Position numbers and translations under genes: made by a program. A stretch of 64,000 nucleotides of DNA from the NCBI GenBank assembly GCA_048013815.1, contig CM106585.1, positions 19,344,001 to 19,408,000 on the forward strand. Direction: 5' to 3'. Under the pieces are notes generated by a model. That model was not told where the DNA came from. It ran no database searches and worked only from the letters and a program-made list of their open reading frames with translations. How positions within the stretch are numbered: position 1 is the first letter of the stretch; every line of letters starts with the position of its first letter. The stretch comes from Setoptus koraiensis. Lineage: Eukaryota > Animalia > Arthropoda. Below, one piece after another: positions 33,512 through 44,887 of this stretch.

Positions 33512-34876
33512 TCAACGATCTATCTCTCCAAAAACTACATCAATTGAACCTATCAGGGCAACTACATCTGCCAACATTAGACCTTTAGCAAATTCTTGCA
33601 TGCAGGACAAATGTGCGAATCCGGGCGCCTTTATCTTACATCTGTACGGTTTGCTAGTTCCATCCGACACGAGGTAAACACCAAACTCACCCTTTGGAGC
33701 CTCTACAGCGGTGTATGTTGAGCCAGCTGGAACACTATAACCTTCTGTGAATAGTTTAAAATGATGTATCAAGGCTTCCATAGAAGATTTCATCTCACTA
33801 CGTTTCGGGGGTACAATCTTGTTGTCGTCTATCTTTATATCTCCGGAGGGCATCTTATTGAGACATTGCTCAATGATTCTAAGAGATTGGCGCATCTCCT
33901 CCAAACGGATAAGGTAACGATCGTAACAATCTCCATTCTCGCCATAGGGCACCTCAAAGTCAAGCTTGTCGTATATCTCGTATGGCTGATTCTTTCTAAG
34001 ATCCCATTTAATTCCTGATCCTCTCAACATAACTCCTGACATGCCCCAATCGAGAGCATCTCTGGCAGAAACAACTCCAATATCTATAGTTCTCTCTCTC
34101 CAAATTCTGTTATCAGTTAACAAATCTTCAACTTCGTCTATACGTTGAGAATATTGCTGGGCCCATTCAAAGATATCGTGCATGAGACCTAAGGGTAGAT
34201 CTTGACTTACACCGCCTGGCCTAATGTAAGCGGCATGCATTCTAGCACCGCTAACCCGTTCATAGAATTCCATCAATTTCTCTCTTTCCTCAAACAACCA
34301 AAAGAAGGGTGTGATAGCTCCCACATCTAGTGCGTGTGTTCCGATGCCCATAATATGGTTCAATATCCTTGTTATTTCAAGAAACAAAACTCTTATATAT
34401 CTTGCTCTTTCGGGTACATCAATGTTCAACAATTTCTCTACTGCCATAGAAAAGCAGTGCTCGTTGGCCATCATACTAACATAGTCGAGTCTGTCGAAAT
34501 ATGGCAGGGCCTGAGTGTAGGTCTTGTATTCTATGAGCTTCTCGGTGGCTCGATGCAATAGACCAATATGAGGATCAGCTCTGACGATACGCTCGCCATC
34601 CAATTCCAATATCAGACGCAGAACTCCGTGCGCTGCCGGATGCTGGGGTCCGAAATTAATAACAACATTGTATACATTTTGTTCAGCATACACTTTCTGA
34701 TCTCTCGAAAGTCTCTTCTCAGTGTCGTACGGACTGGTCATGATGAGTTCCATTTTACCGTCCAACTGAAAGTCTTTTGTCGATGGAAACCATCTTGCTC
34801 CTCTGGTCTGTTGCTCAAAGATATTACCTAATCTCTTGAATCTCAGTAGAGACCGACTTCTGGCTAGGAAAGCCAT
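33512..34876 (-). CDS. NDUFS2: NADH:ubiquinone oxidoreductase 49-kDa subunit, copy 1, intronless
   Basis: [40 protein letters not shown] and DVVFGEIDR. Confidence 0.97.
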   Translation of the reverse strand: MAFLARSRSLLRFKRLGNIFEQQTRGARWFPSTKDFQLDGKMELIMTSPYDTEKRLSRDQKVYAEQNVYNVVINFGPQHPAAHGVLRLILELDGERIVRADPHIGLLHRATEKLIEYKTYTQALPYFDRLDYVSMMANEHCFSMAVEKLLNIDVPERARYIRVLFLEITRILNHIMGIGTHALDVGAITPFFWLFEEREKLMEFYERVSGARMHAAYIRPGGVSQDLPLGLMHDIFEWAQQYSQRIDEVEDLLTDNRIWRERTIDIGVVSARDALDWGMSGVMLRGSGIKWDLRKNQPYEIYDKLDFEVPYGENGDCYDRYLIRLEEMRQSLRIIEQCLNKMPSGDIKIDDNKIVPPKRSEMKSSMEALIHHFKLFTEGYSVPAGSTYTAVEAPKGEFGVYLVSDGTSKPYRCKIKAPGFAHLSCMQEFAKGLMLADVVALIGSIDVVFGEIDR

Positions 34877-35990
34877 CTTAATAAAAATCTAGATGAATCA
34901 ATTTGATGAAAATTAGTGATGATCAAATGTACAGTTGTTCTAGAGATGCGTGCATGATAATATGATCAAGTGATGTGAAATGCCCTCTCGAATGTTATTG
35001 CTCATCCAAGTATTTTTCAATCAGCTGCTCAGCGAGCGTAGCGCCAATCTCTGTTATGTCACCACCAATGTGATTTCAATGTCGGACTTTCGCTACAGAG
35101 CAAACGGAAACTTCTTCATCATGGATATGCGACTACGTCGATCCTTTAGTTTAGATCTTTCCAGCAGTTTGTGAATTAATAAATTATCTCTCTGGATGTT
35201 TTGTCATTTTTTGTCTCTATTCGTTGCCATCCAATTGCTCTTCGGATCCTTGAATTTTTCATCTACGCATGCTGTAGAGGCATCTACTAGTGATATTCAA
35301 GCGAGTATCAGCATTCAAATATTGCATTGCATCAATGCAGAAAAAAGAAAAAAACAAGGCTAGGTATCGACCCATTTGCTCAGCTCCTGCCGATCTAGAC
35401 TGCTGAGAACTTTATTCGAGTCTTTCGTCTGGATTTGTTTCCTAGTGAGTTATATTTACTTTAGTTCTGTTTCAATTAGTTCTATAAGTTGCGTCAGCTT
35501 CAATAGTCCCCCTCTGAAAACCCCAATAAATAAAAATTATGATTGACATGGTTGGTCGTAGTTTGTAGTAAATAAAATGAGCAAACAGCAGACTGACGAA
35601 TTTATTTGTCCTAACAAATAGCCACGGAGTTCTGTTGACAGCGGCACAAATTCTTGTGGCGACTGAATGTTTTCGTTCGAGAAGTTGGAGAATAATCTAA
35701 TAATATATAAGCAGAGTTTATTATTGGTTCAATGAACTTAGCGTTCGCATGTAAACTAAATTAAAGTTCTAACAAAATCAGTATGTTTACGTTGTCGTGA
35801 AATCAAAATTTGATCTTTATTTTAAACTGTTGGGACAGCAACTTCACTTCCCTTGCCTAAATGTAGGTGGTGATTTAGACACTCAATGGAATTTCCTGTT
35901 GCTGCCACAAGCGATTTACCAGATCGATTGAAGAGCTATCTGGTTTAATGATGACAGTCTGTTCTACACGGTGCAATCCTGTGATAGTTC

Positions 35991-36818
35991 TCAATCTTTC
36001 TTTTCCGATGATCTGGTGTTTTCTTTTCTTCCACTGCGATTTCCTGCGTTGTAACCAAGATAGGATTCTCTGTAAAAATCTATGAATAACGCTGCGAATA
36101 TAGTATTAAATAGAACTCCCATGATGGCCAGTGGTTGTGGGAAGCGACAATTGTAAGCTGACAATGCAAAATGTGCCACGGCGAAGAAAAATTGTATGAT
36201 TTGCGCTAGAGTTACGTATCTTTTCCACCAGAGATACTTTTTGACAGCAGGAAAGGTGGCTAGAAGATAGTAGCCATACATCACAAAGTGAATACCTGTA
36301 TTCATGAGTGGAAAAAATACACTACCTCCTCCTGGGGCCACCTTGATGAACATCCATGAGGCCACTACAATGAAAAAATGATGGAAAATGTGTAGAGCCG
36401 ACGCTTGACGGTATTTTTTCCTCAAAACAAAAAACACAGTATCCAATAGTTCGATAATTTTCGTTACGAAAACAATGATTAAAACAAAAAGAACTTCATT
36501 TTCCACTTTAGATGACTTATTCACTGGTGTGCAGCCGAAATAGTTCTTGCCAAATTGACTAAGTGTACTTAGTCTGTAGAATAAGTATAAGTTTGATAGT
36601 GACATAAATACATTGTATATTCTTATTATCGATCTGAGTTGGTAAGGTTCTCGATGTTTCATATATTCAGGTCCTAAAACAAATATAAATAAAAAATAGA
36701 AAAGTACTATCGCCAATGTTGGGATTGGACTGCCACTCACGAGAATATAATTTCCTGTTAAAATTCGTGAATCGCCAATTTCCGTCCAAAAAGTATCTAA
36801 CCAATATGATATATCCAT
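35991..36818 (-). CDS. ELOVL: Very-long-chain fatty acid elongase (ELO family), intronless
   Basis: KIIELLDTVFFVLRKK, LHIFHH histidine box, HFVMYGYY, WWKRYVTLAQIIQF and C-terminal EKKD. Confidence 0.93.
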   Translation of the reverse strand: MDISYWLDTFWTEIGDSRILTGNYILVSGSPIPTLAIVLFYFLFIFVLGPEYMKHREPYQLRSIIRIYNVFMSLSNLYLFYRLSTLSQFGKNYFGCTPVNKSSKVENEVLFVLIIVFVTKIIELLDTVFFVLRKKYRQASALHIFHHFFIVVASWMFIKVAPGGGSVFFPLMNTGIHFVMYGYYLLATFPAVKKYLWWKRYVTLAQIIQFFFAVAHFALSAYNCRFPQPLAIMGVLFNTIFAALFIDFYRESYLGYNAGNRSGRKENTRSSEKKD

Positions 36819-38518
36819 GGCGCCGGATGTGTGAGTTCAATTGGAAAAGTTAATACTAATTAAGTCAGTAAGCTCAGATTATCGCCCAACGATGTTGCAT
36901 TAGTAAAAAAAGATTTGCAAATGATCAATGAACAAAATGAGCGATGAGTCTAACAAAAGTTAGGTGTATTCATTTTTTTAAAGTACTAAAATATTGGTTT
37001 TGATTGGATTGAAAGTGCAGCATGTAAAGTATCCTATATCAATTAGCTACATTTTATGTTCGTTCATCTTCTACCTAACAGCAGTTGAACATCAGGCTTA
37101 TTCATTTTTTTTTTAATTTGTCTAGACTATATACATCTTGCTATAACCAACCATCGAGTACCACAAACCATATTCAATTCTACGCACTGAAAATTAGCAG
37201 TTGAATCGCCTATATTGAGAGCCACATATTAATATGTAACCGTTGATTGGTTCTGTCTCGTTGTAACTTACACTACCTGTAAAGCTACTTCTAATCAATA
37301 GTAGCAAGTTAGGTGTGTTTGAAAAGTACACGACATCATTCCCTGATGATATAGTTGAAAAATCTGCACTAATCTCAAGTGATGATTGGGCCTGTAATTG
37401 TTTCCTTCATGCAACGTCGACAAAATTGTAAATCTTCTAACCCTAACAGACATAAATCTGGGTCACCTAAAATTATCGATCAACTTGTCACTTGTTTGCC
37501 GCATGTTATGTTTTCCAACATAGATAATTGATGGTCAGTTATAGCTGCAAACCCCAGTCAAACGATTAATCTGTGAAAAGATTAAAGCTGTCCGTAAATG
37601 TGAGTTGCACTTGTTGCTAACCACATACAAAACCCAGAAAAATTTTCCTCAGTAGCCAGTCAGATATTGTGAACTATTGATGTTCATCAAGTGCTGTATT
37701 TTTTGTTCATCACTGAGTAGGTTTTCATTCTATACTTTCTTGATGGCATCAGTCACGCCACAAGATAGTCGATCTCATTCGTGAGAGAGGCTCTTATGAG
37801 ACGGTTTACACAATTAGTTTGGGCAAAGGCTCGCTCTAGCCTGCACGACCAGGACTACAGGTTCACACAAAATATTTGCATAAAACTCCATCTGTAAAGC
37901 CAAATTAGTTCAGGAAGAGTGTCACTGGTTGAGATAAGACTACATCAACACAAATATCCGGTCTGATATCAATTGGATATAACATCTTACGAGGTTAGAC
38001 AAGCACAAGCACTGCTCGAAAACAGTTATATTGAAATTGCTCCTTATGGTCTCTCTCGGGTAGCTTCTATAGGCTATAGAGTCTAAATTGATAGATATAA
38101 TTTGACTCCCGGAAATTTTTTCCGTCTAATTTCTAGACATTTGGTTGATATTTTAGCACCGTTCACAAAAACATCTGACCTTCCAAGAGGTTCAATCAAA
38201 ACAATTTATGTTAGATTCGAGTGAGAGAAATTCGAAGTAAAAATCTTCTACAATGGACATTTAATAATTGTCTCGTGAACTTGTAGTAAAGACAGGTTAG
38301 TCCATGGACAATGCTGGGCGTTTCTTATGAGTAAGATAGTATCGATATTGATATTTGATGAGTATCAAAAGTGTCAAAAATGCTTAAGTTGCTTGTGTAG
38401 AATGAAAGAGGTGAATTATATTCTTTGTTTTTTTCGTGAGTTTTCTCTTAAGTTTAAAACTTTGTTTTAAAGTGCGTCGATCATTCTTCAACGAATTCAG
38501 AATAAATATTTCAAACTT

Positions 38519-39505
38519 TCAGCCTTGACCGACGTGTTCTAACCTCATCTCATCATCCAATTCAACATGGAATGGTCCATTCTTGAAATCCGACCTCATT
38601 TTCATGAACTCCTCCCCCCTGAAAACTCTTGATGTGGTAGGGGATTTCACTAACGTTTGAAGAATGTTAAATTTGGCCTCTTTTCCTTCCTTACAGGTCT
38701 CGGTCGAACGGTTCAAGAGCCAAGGTAAGAACGTTTGCTGATTTGCGAGCTCTTTCTGGCCCCACACCTGGTCTGCAATGGCCACAATAACTTGCATTGC
38801 ATTGGTTTTCACCTCAACGAAAGGTTGTCGACAGAGCCCCAATAATGATGTAGTCATCCTACCTTCACCCGGCACTATAGATTTGTACCATTCTTCGCTT
38901 AGTTTTGATGATTCTTCTGTTGGATCATCATCGTGTAATTCCAATATATCGGTAATACATTGTAAGGTTCTGGCCTTTATAGATGTATCTGAGCAGGATA
39001 TAATGGATCCAAGTCTCGTGAGACATTTCTCTCGTATGAGACGCGATTTGGTATCCAGCATGAGCCGAGTTGAGTAGCCGCTGCGTCCTAGAACTCCTAG
39101 AAAATCTATAACGTTGACAAGTAATAATTGGTTATCTGTTTGGAAAAATTCATAGACTTTATCTAATACCTCTGTGTATTTATCGCCCAAGAGTTGAGGG
39201 TCTATGCGACAAAAAAATTTCAATACATGTGGAACGACAAGATGATCGTCTTGTCTCAACAGAGCAATCAGCATATTGGGCACACCTTTAGATTCTAAAA
39301 ATGAGAGTCCCTTGTTTGTAGAAGCTAGATCTGCAACTAACTGGAGACAGTTCATTTTGTAAATTAGATCGTCATTGTTGATCTCTTCGATGAGGTCATC
39401 TAATTTGTTTTCCACTGAACCGAGCGCCGATGGATCTTGATTGACCAACTCAACGGCGGCCTCATAGTCACGCAATTTTTGTTCCGATGCTTGAGTGGCC
39501 GGCAT
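38519..39505 (-). CDS. PSMD5: 26S proteasome base-assembly chaperone S5b (N-terminally short, 328 aa)
   Basis: ARM/HEAT-like protein with QPFVE, WGQKEL, WLLNRSTETCKEGKEAKF and C-terminal GPFHV motifs, recalled from PSMD5 orthologs. Confidence 0.75.
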   Translation of the reverse strand: MPATQASEQKLRDYEAAVELVNQDPSALGSVENKLDDLIEEINNDDLIYKMNCLQLVADLASTNKGLSFLESKGVPNMLIALLRQDDHLVVPHVLKFFCRIDPQLLGDKYTEVLDKVYEFFQTDNQLLLVNVIDFLGVLGRSGYSTRLMLDTKSRLIREKCLTRLGSIISCSDTSIKARTLQCITDILELHDDDPTEESSKLSEEWYKSIVPGEGRMTTSLLGLCRQPFVEVKTNAMQVIVAIADQVWGQKELANQQTFLPWLLNRSTETCKEGKEAKFNILQTLVKSPTTSRVFRGEEFMKMRSDFKNGPFHVELDDEMRLEHVGQG

Positions 39506-39887
39506 CCTATGTAAAAATATATTCAACTGGAAAAAATAATAACAATAATAGAAAATACTTTTCTAAGGATTCTGACGTTTTTTCGCAATTAAATGATTGA
39601 TAATAACGATTTCAATAATAGTAATCGGATTATCAAAAATAAGACGGTTGGTTGTCGGTATTAAATAGATTCGCAGTGATGCTGACATGGAGAGCACACT
39701 TTCTATTCGAAGCTGCGCATCACCAAACCATATGTGTGACAGTGCATTAATTTTGAAATTATTTTGAACTCCTTTGCAACTCCGCTTTTATGTCATGCCG
39801 AAAGATTTCCCCTCTCAGAAATCACCAATTCAAACAATACAAATACAATCATTAGTGTCATTGTAGATATTTTTAAACGATCCAACC

Positions 39888-40261
39888 ATGAAAAAGATGA
39901 AATTTAGAAATTATGTCCCTCAAAGCGAAGACCTCCAAATGGAGGTTGGGGAGGTGGAAAAAGTGAAAGAACAACCTGAAGAACAACAATTCATTGAGGA
40001 AACGCCCAAAGAAAGACAGGAAGATATAGCGGAAGATTATAAGAAGATAGTAAGTATTTGACTTGTTGTTATAACAGTATTCTAACCATTTATTTAGAAA
40101 TTTAAACTAATCTGAAATTACCTATGCACACTCAGGATCTCAATACGCTGGCGCCCAGGAAAGTTGACTGGGACTTAAAGAAAAGAATTGAGAAGAAGCT
40201 TGATAGGTTAGAGAGGAGGACTAGAAAAGCAATTGATAATTATGTTCAGAGCAAAGGCTGA
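39888..40261 (+). CDS. CCDC12: Spliceosomal Cwf18/CCDC12, 95 aa; exons 39888-40049 and 40136-40261
   Basis: KFRNYVP and LAPRKVDWDLKKRIEKKLDRLERRTRKAI. Phase-0 GTAAGT...CAG intron. Not in the ORF track. Confidence 0.85.
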
Positions 40262-40262
40262 T

Positions 40263-40568
40263 TTATTGCAAGTGTAGAGCCTTAACTTTTGGATTTTCAT
40301 CTCGTATTAAGGGATGGAACCTCTTCGCAAGTTCTGCCTTCTTGACGGGGTCTCCATTGGCTAACCATATCTCCCACAAATGCGCACATTGGTGATCTCG
40401 TCTTACAGCGAGGCCATAGACACCCACGAAGGGAACAAGACCGAACCAGAATTTTACTTTCAGGGAGTGCGGCCAGATTCGGTCCCATCGTATAACTCTA
40501 ATCCATATGGGTAGCCATTTTTGTCTATATAACACTTTCTTGATTGGATCGAACTCGTAATTCGGCAT
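40263..40568 (-). CDS. Small basic single-TM orphan protein (101 aa), possibly a mitochondrial accessory subunit
   Basis: ATG ORF with one hydrophobic segment (FWFGLVPFVGVYGLAV); no family recognised. Confidence 0.6.
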   Translation of the reverse strand: MPNYEFDPIKKVLYRQKWLPIWIRVIRWDRIWPHSLKVKFWFGLVPFVGVYGLAVRRDHQCAHLWEIWLANGDPVKKAELAKRFHPLIRDENPKVKALHLQ

Positions 40569-41237
40569 TCTGGCAGCCTGATTGATCCGATGTTGATATT
40601 TTTAAGATCCTTCGATTTTTTTGAGATTAATAATAAAAATGTTAACCAGTAATCAATAAATAGAAGGGCTTTTAGGTATTCTCAGATGAAATCATAATCT
40701 ATTGTTGTTGAATATCACCTTCCATTTGTACTGTGTTTGATTTTCGATTGTCCTTACGCTTGGTTCAAAAACGCTCCGCCAGGACGACTTTCCCATGTTC
40801 TGCAAGGCAACTCAGCTGATCGATATCCACTTACAGTTCATTCATAGATGAATATGATGATTCTCGGCACTTCTTGTAAGGATCAAAGCGCACTCATGGA
40901 TGCGTTATCCACAACAAATATATTCGTTCGCAGACATATTCATGCTGCATTAGTCGGTGCATTGTTGGTTTTGAGGTGGCGATGATAAAAAGCCTATCGC
41001 GTTAACAACTGGTTTATTGCTCGGTCCTCACTCCAAATGGTGTATTCAATTTGTAGAGTTTCTCACAATTGTCATTATCAATCTGTTATAGACACGACTC
41101 GTAGTATAAAATTGCGCACAGGATAAGAATTGGCATGCAGATCGAACACTTCTATGGGAGAAGGGTCAAGGATAGATATTTCAACAACAGATTACAATTT
41201 ATTTGATTTTGACTGACACGAATTGCAGATAGTGTCT

Positions 41238-42602
41238 TCAACGATCTATCTCTCCGAAAACTACATCAATTGAACCTATCAGGGCAACTACATCTGCCAA
41301 CATTAGACCTTTAGCAAATTCTTGCATGCAGGACAAATGTGCGAATCCGGGCGCCTTTATCTTACATCTGTACGGTTTGCTAGTTCCATCCGACACGAGG
41401 TAAACACCAAACTCACCCTTTGGGGCCTCTACAGCGGTGTATGTTGAGCCAGCTGGAACACTATAACCTTCTGTGAATAGTTTAAAATGATGTATCAAGG
41501 CTTCCATAGAAGATTTCATCTCACTACGTTTCGGGGGTACAATCTTGTTGTCGTCTATCTTTATATCTCCGGAGGGCATCTTATTGAGACATTGCTCAAT
41601 AATTCTAAGAGATTGGCGCATCTCCTCCAAACGGATAAGGTAACGATCGTAACAATCTCCATTCTCGCCATAGGGCACCTCAAAGTCAAGCTTGTCGTAT
41701 ATCTCGTATGGCTGGTTCTTTCTAAGATCCCATTTAATTCCTGATCCTCTCAACATAACTCCTGACATGCCCCAATCGAGAGCATCTCTGGCAGAAACAA
41801 CTCCAATATCTATAGTTCTCTCTCTCCAAATTCTGTTATCAGTTAACAAATCTTCAACTTCGTCTATACGTTGAGAATATTGCTGGGCCCATTCAAAGAT
41901 ATCGTGCATGAGACCTAAGGGTAGATCTTGACTTACACCGCCTGGCCTAATGTAAGCGGCATGCATTCTAGCACCGCTAACTCGTTCATAGAATTCCATC
42001 AATTTCTCTCTTTCCTCAAACAACCAAAAGAAGGGTGTGATAGCTCCCACATCTAGTGCGTGTGTTCCGATGCCCATAATATGGTTCAATATCCTTGTTA
42101 TTTCAAGAAACAAAACTCTTATATATCTTGCTCTTTCGGGTACATCAATGTTCAACAATTTCTCTACTGCCATAGAAAAGCAGTGCTCGTTGGCCATCAT
42201 ACTAACATAGTCGAGTCTGTCGAAATATGGCAGGGCCTGAGTGTAGGTCTTGTATTCTATGAGCTTCTCGGTGGCTCGATGCAATAGACCAATATGAGGA
42301 TCAGCTCTGACGATACGCTCGCCATCCAATTCCAATATCAGACGCAGAACTCCGTGCGCTGCCGGATGCTGGGGTCCGAAATTAATAACGACATTGTATA
42401 CATTTTGTTCAGCATACACTTTCTGATCTCTCGAAAGTCTCTTCTCGGTATCGTACGGACTGGTCATAATGAGCTCCATTTTACCGTCCAACTGAAAGTC
42501 TTTTGTCGATGGAAACCATCTTGCTCCTCTGGTCTGTTGCTCAAAGATATTACCTAATCTCTTGAATCTCAGTAGAGACCGACTTCTGGCTAGGAAAGCC
42601 AT
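41238..42602 (-). CDS. NDUFS2: NADH:ubiquinone oxidoreductase 49-kDa subunit, copy 2, intronless
   Basis: Protein identical to copy 1. Confidence 0.97.
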   Translation of the reverse strand: MAFLARSRSLLRFKRLGNIFEQQTRGARWFPSTKDFQLDGKMELIMTSPYDTEKRLSRDQKVYAEQNVYNVVINFGPQHPAAHGVLRLILELDGERIVRADPHIGLLHRATEKLIEYKTYTQALPYFDRLDYVSMMANEHCFSMAVEKLLNIDVPERARYIRVLFLEITRILNHIMGIGTHALDVGAITPFFWLFEEREKLMEFYERVSGARMHAAYIRPGGVSQDLPLGLMHDIFEWAQQYSQRIDEVEDLLTDNRIWRERTIDIGVVSARDALDWGMSGVMLRGSGIKWDLRKNQPYEIYDKLDFEVPYGENGDCYDRYLIRLEEMRQSLRIIEQCLNKMPSGDIKIDDNKIVPPKRSEMKSSMEALIHHFKLFTEGYSVPAGSTYTAVEAPKGEFGVYLVSDGTSKPYRCKIKAPGFAHLSCMQEFAKGLMLADVVALIGSIDVVFGEIDR

Positions 42603-42827
42603 CTTAATAAAAATCTAGATGAATTAATTTGATGAAAATTAGTGATGATCAAATGTACACAATTCTGATGCAGGGATGCTACAGTGAATTTTGATTGTTT
42701 ACGGTTTCAAACTTGGCGCCCGCAGATGCGAATAAGACCCACGTTATTTCACAAGAACTGTAAATGTCACCATTCATCACATTTCCATAAATCAGTAGTT
42801 TTATTTCTCCTTATCTTAAGAAGCCCT

Positions 42828-43380
42828 ATGACAATGTCCTCCAAAAAGACCTCAGCCACCTGCTTGCCCATGACTAGGGTTGCCAAGATCATGCAATCAG
42901 CTAGCGGAGTTGGTACAATAAACCAAGATGTTGTTATGTTAACTGCCAAGGCAACAGTAAGTAGATTAATGGCCTATCTGATTCGCAGTTTTGTTATTGT
43001 TTTCCTCGAATCTAAAGACTGTCAACCTCTGACATCAAAGAGAATTCTAACATCGCTCAAATAACCGCAATTAACTAAACATCACATGCTTTCTTACGCC
43101 CAATAAAATTTTATCTGGCCAAACATCACCCTATACTGTGCGTATCTACTTGTTTATTGAATAGGAAATATTCATCGCCGACTTGGCCAGAAGAGCTTAC
43201 GAATCAACTGATGGAGAAATGAGAACAAATAGGCTAGAGTATGAGAATATATGTGATTTAGTTCATAAAGACTCGAGATACGAGTTTCTACGTGATACCA
43301 CTCCTAGAAAGATCAAGTTCAGCGAAGCTTTAGCACTCATTGAGCAACATGCTAGGCAAAGAGAAGGCGCACAAGAGTAA
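42828..43380 (+). CDS. CHRAC1: Histone-fold chromatin accessibility complex subunit (CHRAC-16-like); exons 42828-42956 and 43165-43380
   Basis: LPMTRVAKIM...INQDVVMLTAKAT|EIFIADLA...YEFLRDTTPRKI; phase-0 GTAAGT...TAG intron. Confidence 0.8.
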
Positions 43381-44887
43381 TGACCTATCTACAACTGATA
43401 TGTGGACAACTTTGTCAGGTAAGGAAGTTCAGGCACCTGTTGCTATATATTCCGCCCGCGATAGGGACCACTTAGCATCTCATTACAAGACTATCTCATT
43501 ACATACATTATCTATTGCAATCTAGGATGTAAACTAAATTAAATGAAGGATCGAATATAAATATATGTATATATTGCCGCCAAGGTTCAAGGTTGCAGCT
43601 TGTCTTTATGTTGCAGTCATTGCTAGTAGACTCATAAAAGATGAACTGATATCTGACTATTGAAAGGATAGTACAAAAATCCGCCTTGACCATTCTGATC
43701 GGCCATAGGATAGCAATGGTTATTATGACCAGGTGAGCCTGTTACTACGGCCACTGCATAAGTATAACGAGAACCTTGGTTGCAGTTTTTTTATATAGAT
43801 TGGCTTAGCCTTTGCACCTTAAGCATACGCATTGGCAATGCTTACAACAACAACAACACAAAGAGGATGGTTGGGACAGCAAAAGAAGATGGAGATGAAT
43901 AAAAAGACGAAGAAGTCATTGATTTCAGAACAAAGAGATGATATCGAAGCACGATGGATACAACGTTCCAGCACACTAAGTTAAATATAGTAAAAAACCA
44001 AATGCGTTCTTTTATGCGCAACGACTAATAAAAAGAATCTGCTGAATAGAAAAAGAGACGATGGACAAGAAGAAGTTTAATTAATAGATGATACGCATTA
44101 CACTATGTGGTGTTGCAGTGGAGTAGTTAACTTAATGTTGCTGTAATCTGAGGAGGATTTGTAGTTGGAAGATGGTCAGAGAGAGAAGCTTGTTACTACG
44201 TCAGTAAGTCCAGGTCGAAGCGAAGAACTCATAAATAAGTTTTCTAGTGTGTGTATTCACCTTGCTTTTCATCCTCCTCAATCTATTCATCGCAGAGTAA
44301 TGATGGGCAAGAACTTCAGGAGGTATAGTGAGTTGAAGAAGACGAAGAAGAAGTAGATGAAGACTGCTAGTTGAATATTCTTTTGTTAGTGCCCAGTCTA
44401 GACCCGCTAAATTATTTTACTCTTTCTCTATGCTAAGCCTCACTAGTAAAGAATCTTCCGCATTCAGTGAGTTTGTCTAATTTGTTTAGGTGAATTTGAA
44501 TTATAAGTTACTGATTGATTTTGAAATCCTCATAAGTCTTATGTTCCATCAAGAGGAAACACCTTTCGAGAAAGAAAGAATCAGTCATTTGTAGTTTATT
44601 TTTCGCAAAACTATATAACATCTTCTAGTATATATAGATATAGTTATACACATATAACTATATATCTATATATTTATAAATAATTCAAGATCTAGATTGA
44701 CAAGTGGTTTAAATAATACCAATCACAGTAAGTGTGTTATCGCAAAGCTTATCGTTATTATTATTAATGTTATAATCGAATGGCATTGTAAGCATTATAC
44801 CTAGATATACTATTTTATAAATCTTTTTGATTACTGATTTAAATTGTCTCCTATCAATCAATCGATCATCACTACAAATTAAAGAAG

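Noticed and set aside
37960-38280. Coding-like + strand frame interrupted by stops (YQLDITSYEVRQAQ...)
   Set aside because: No recognisable homology, start or splice structure; cannot be supported as a pseudogene.
33512-42602. NDUFS2 duplication as a simple haplotype misassembly or retrocopy
   Set aside because: The flanks and neighbouring genes differ, the 3' flanks are homologous but diverged, and there is no poly(A) tail. An artefact is not fully excluded and is noted in the finding.
43500-44470. Hydrophobic short frames and splice-like signals on the minus strand
   Set aside because: No consistent in-frame gene model could be assembled.
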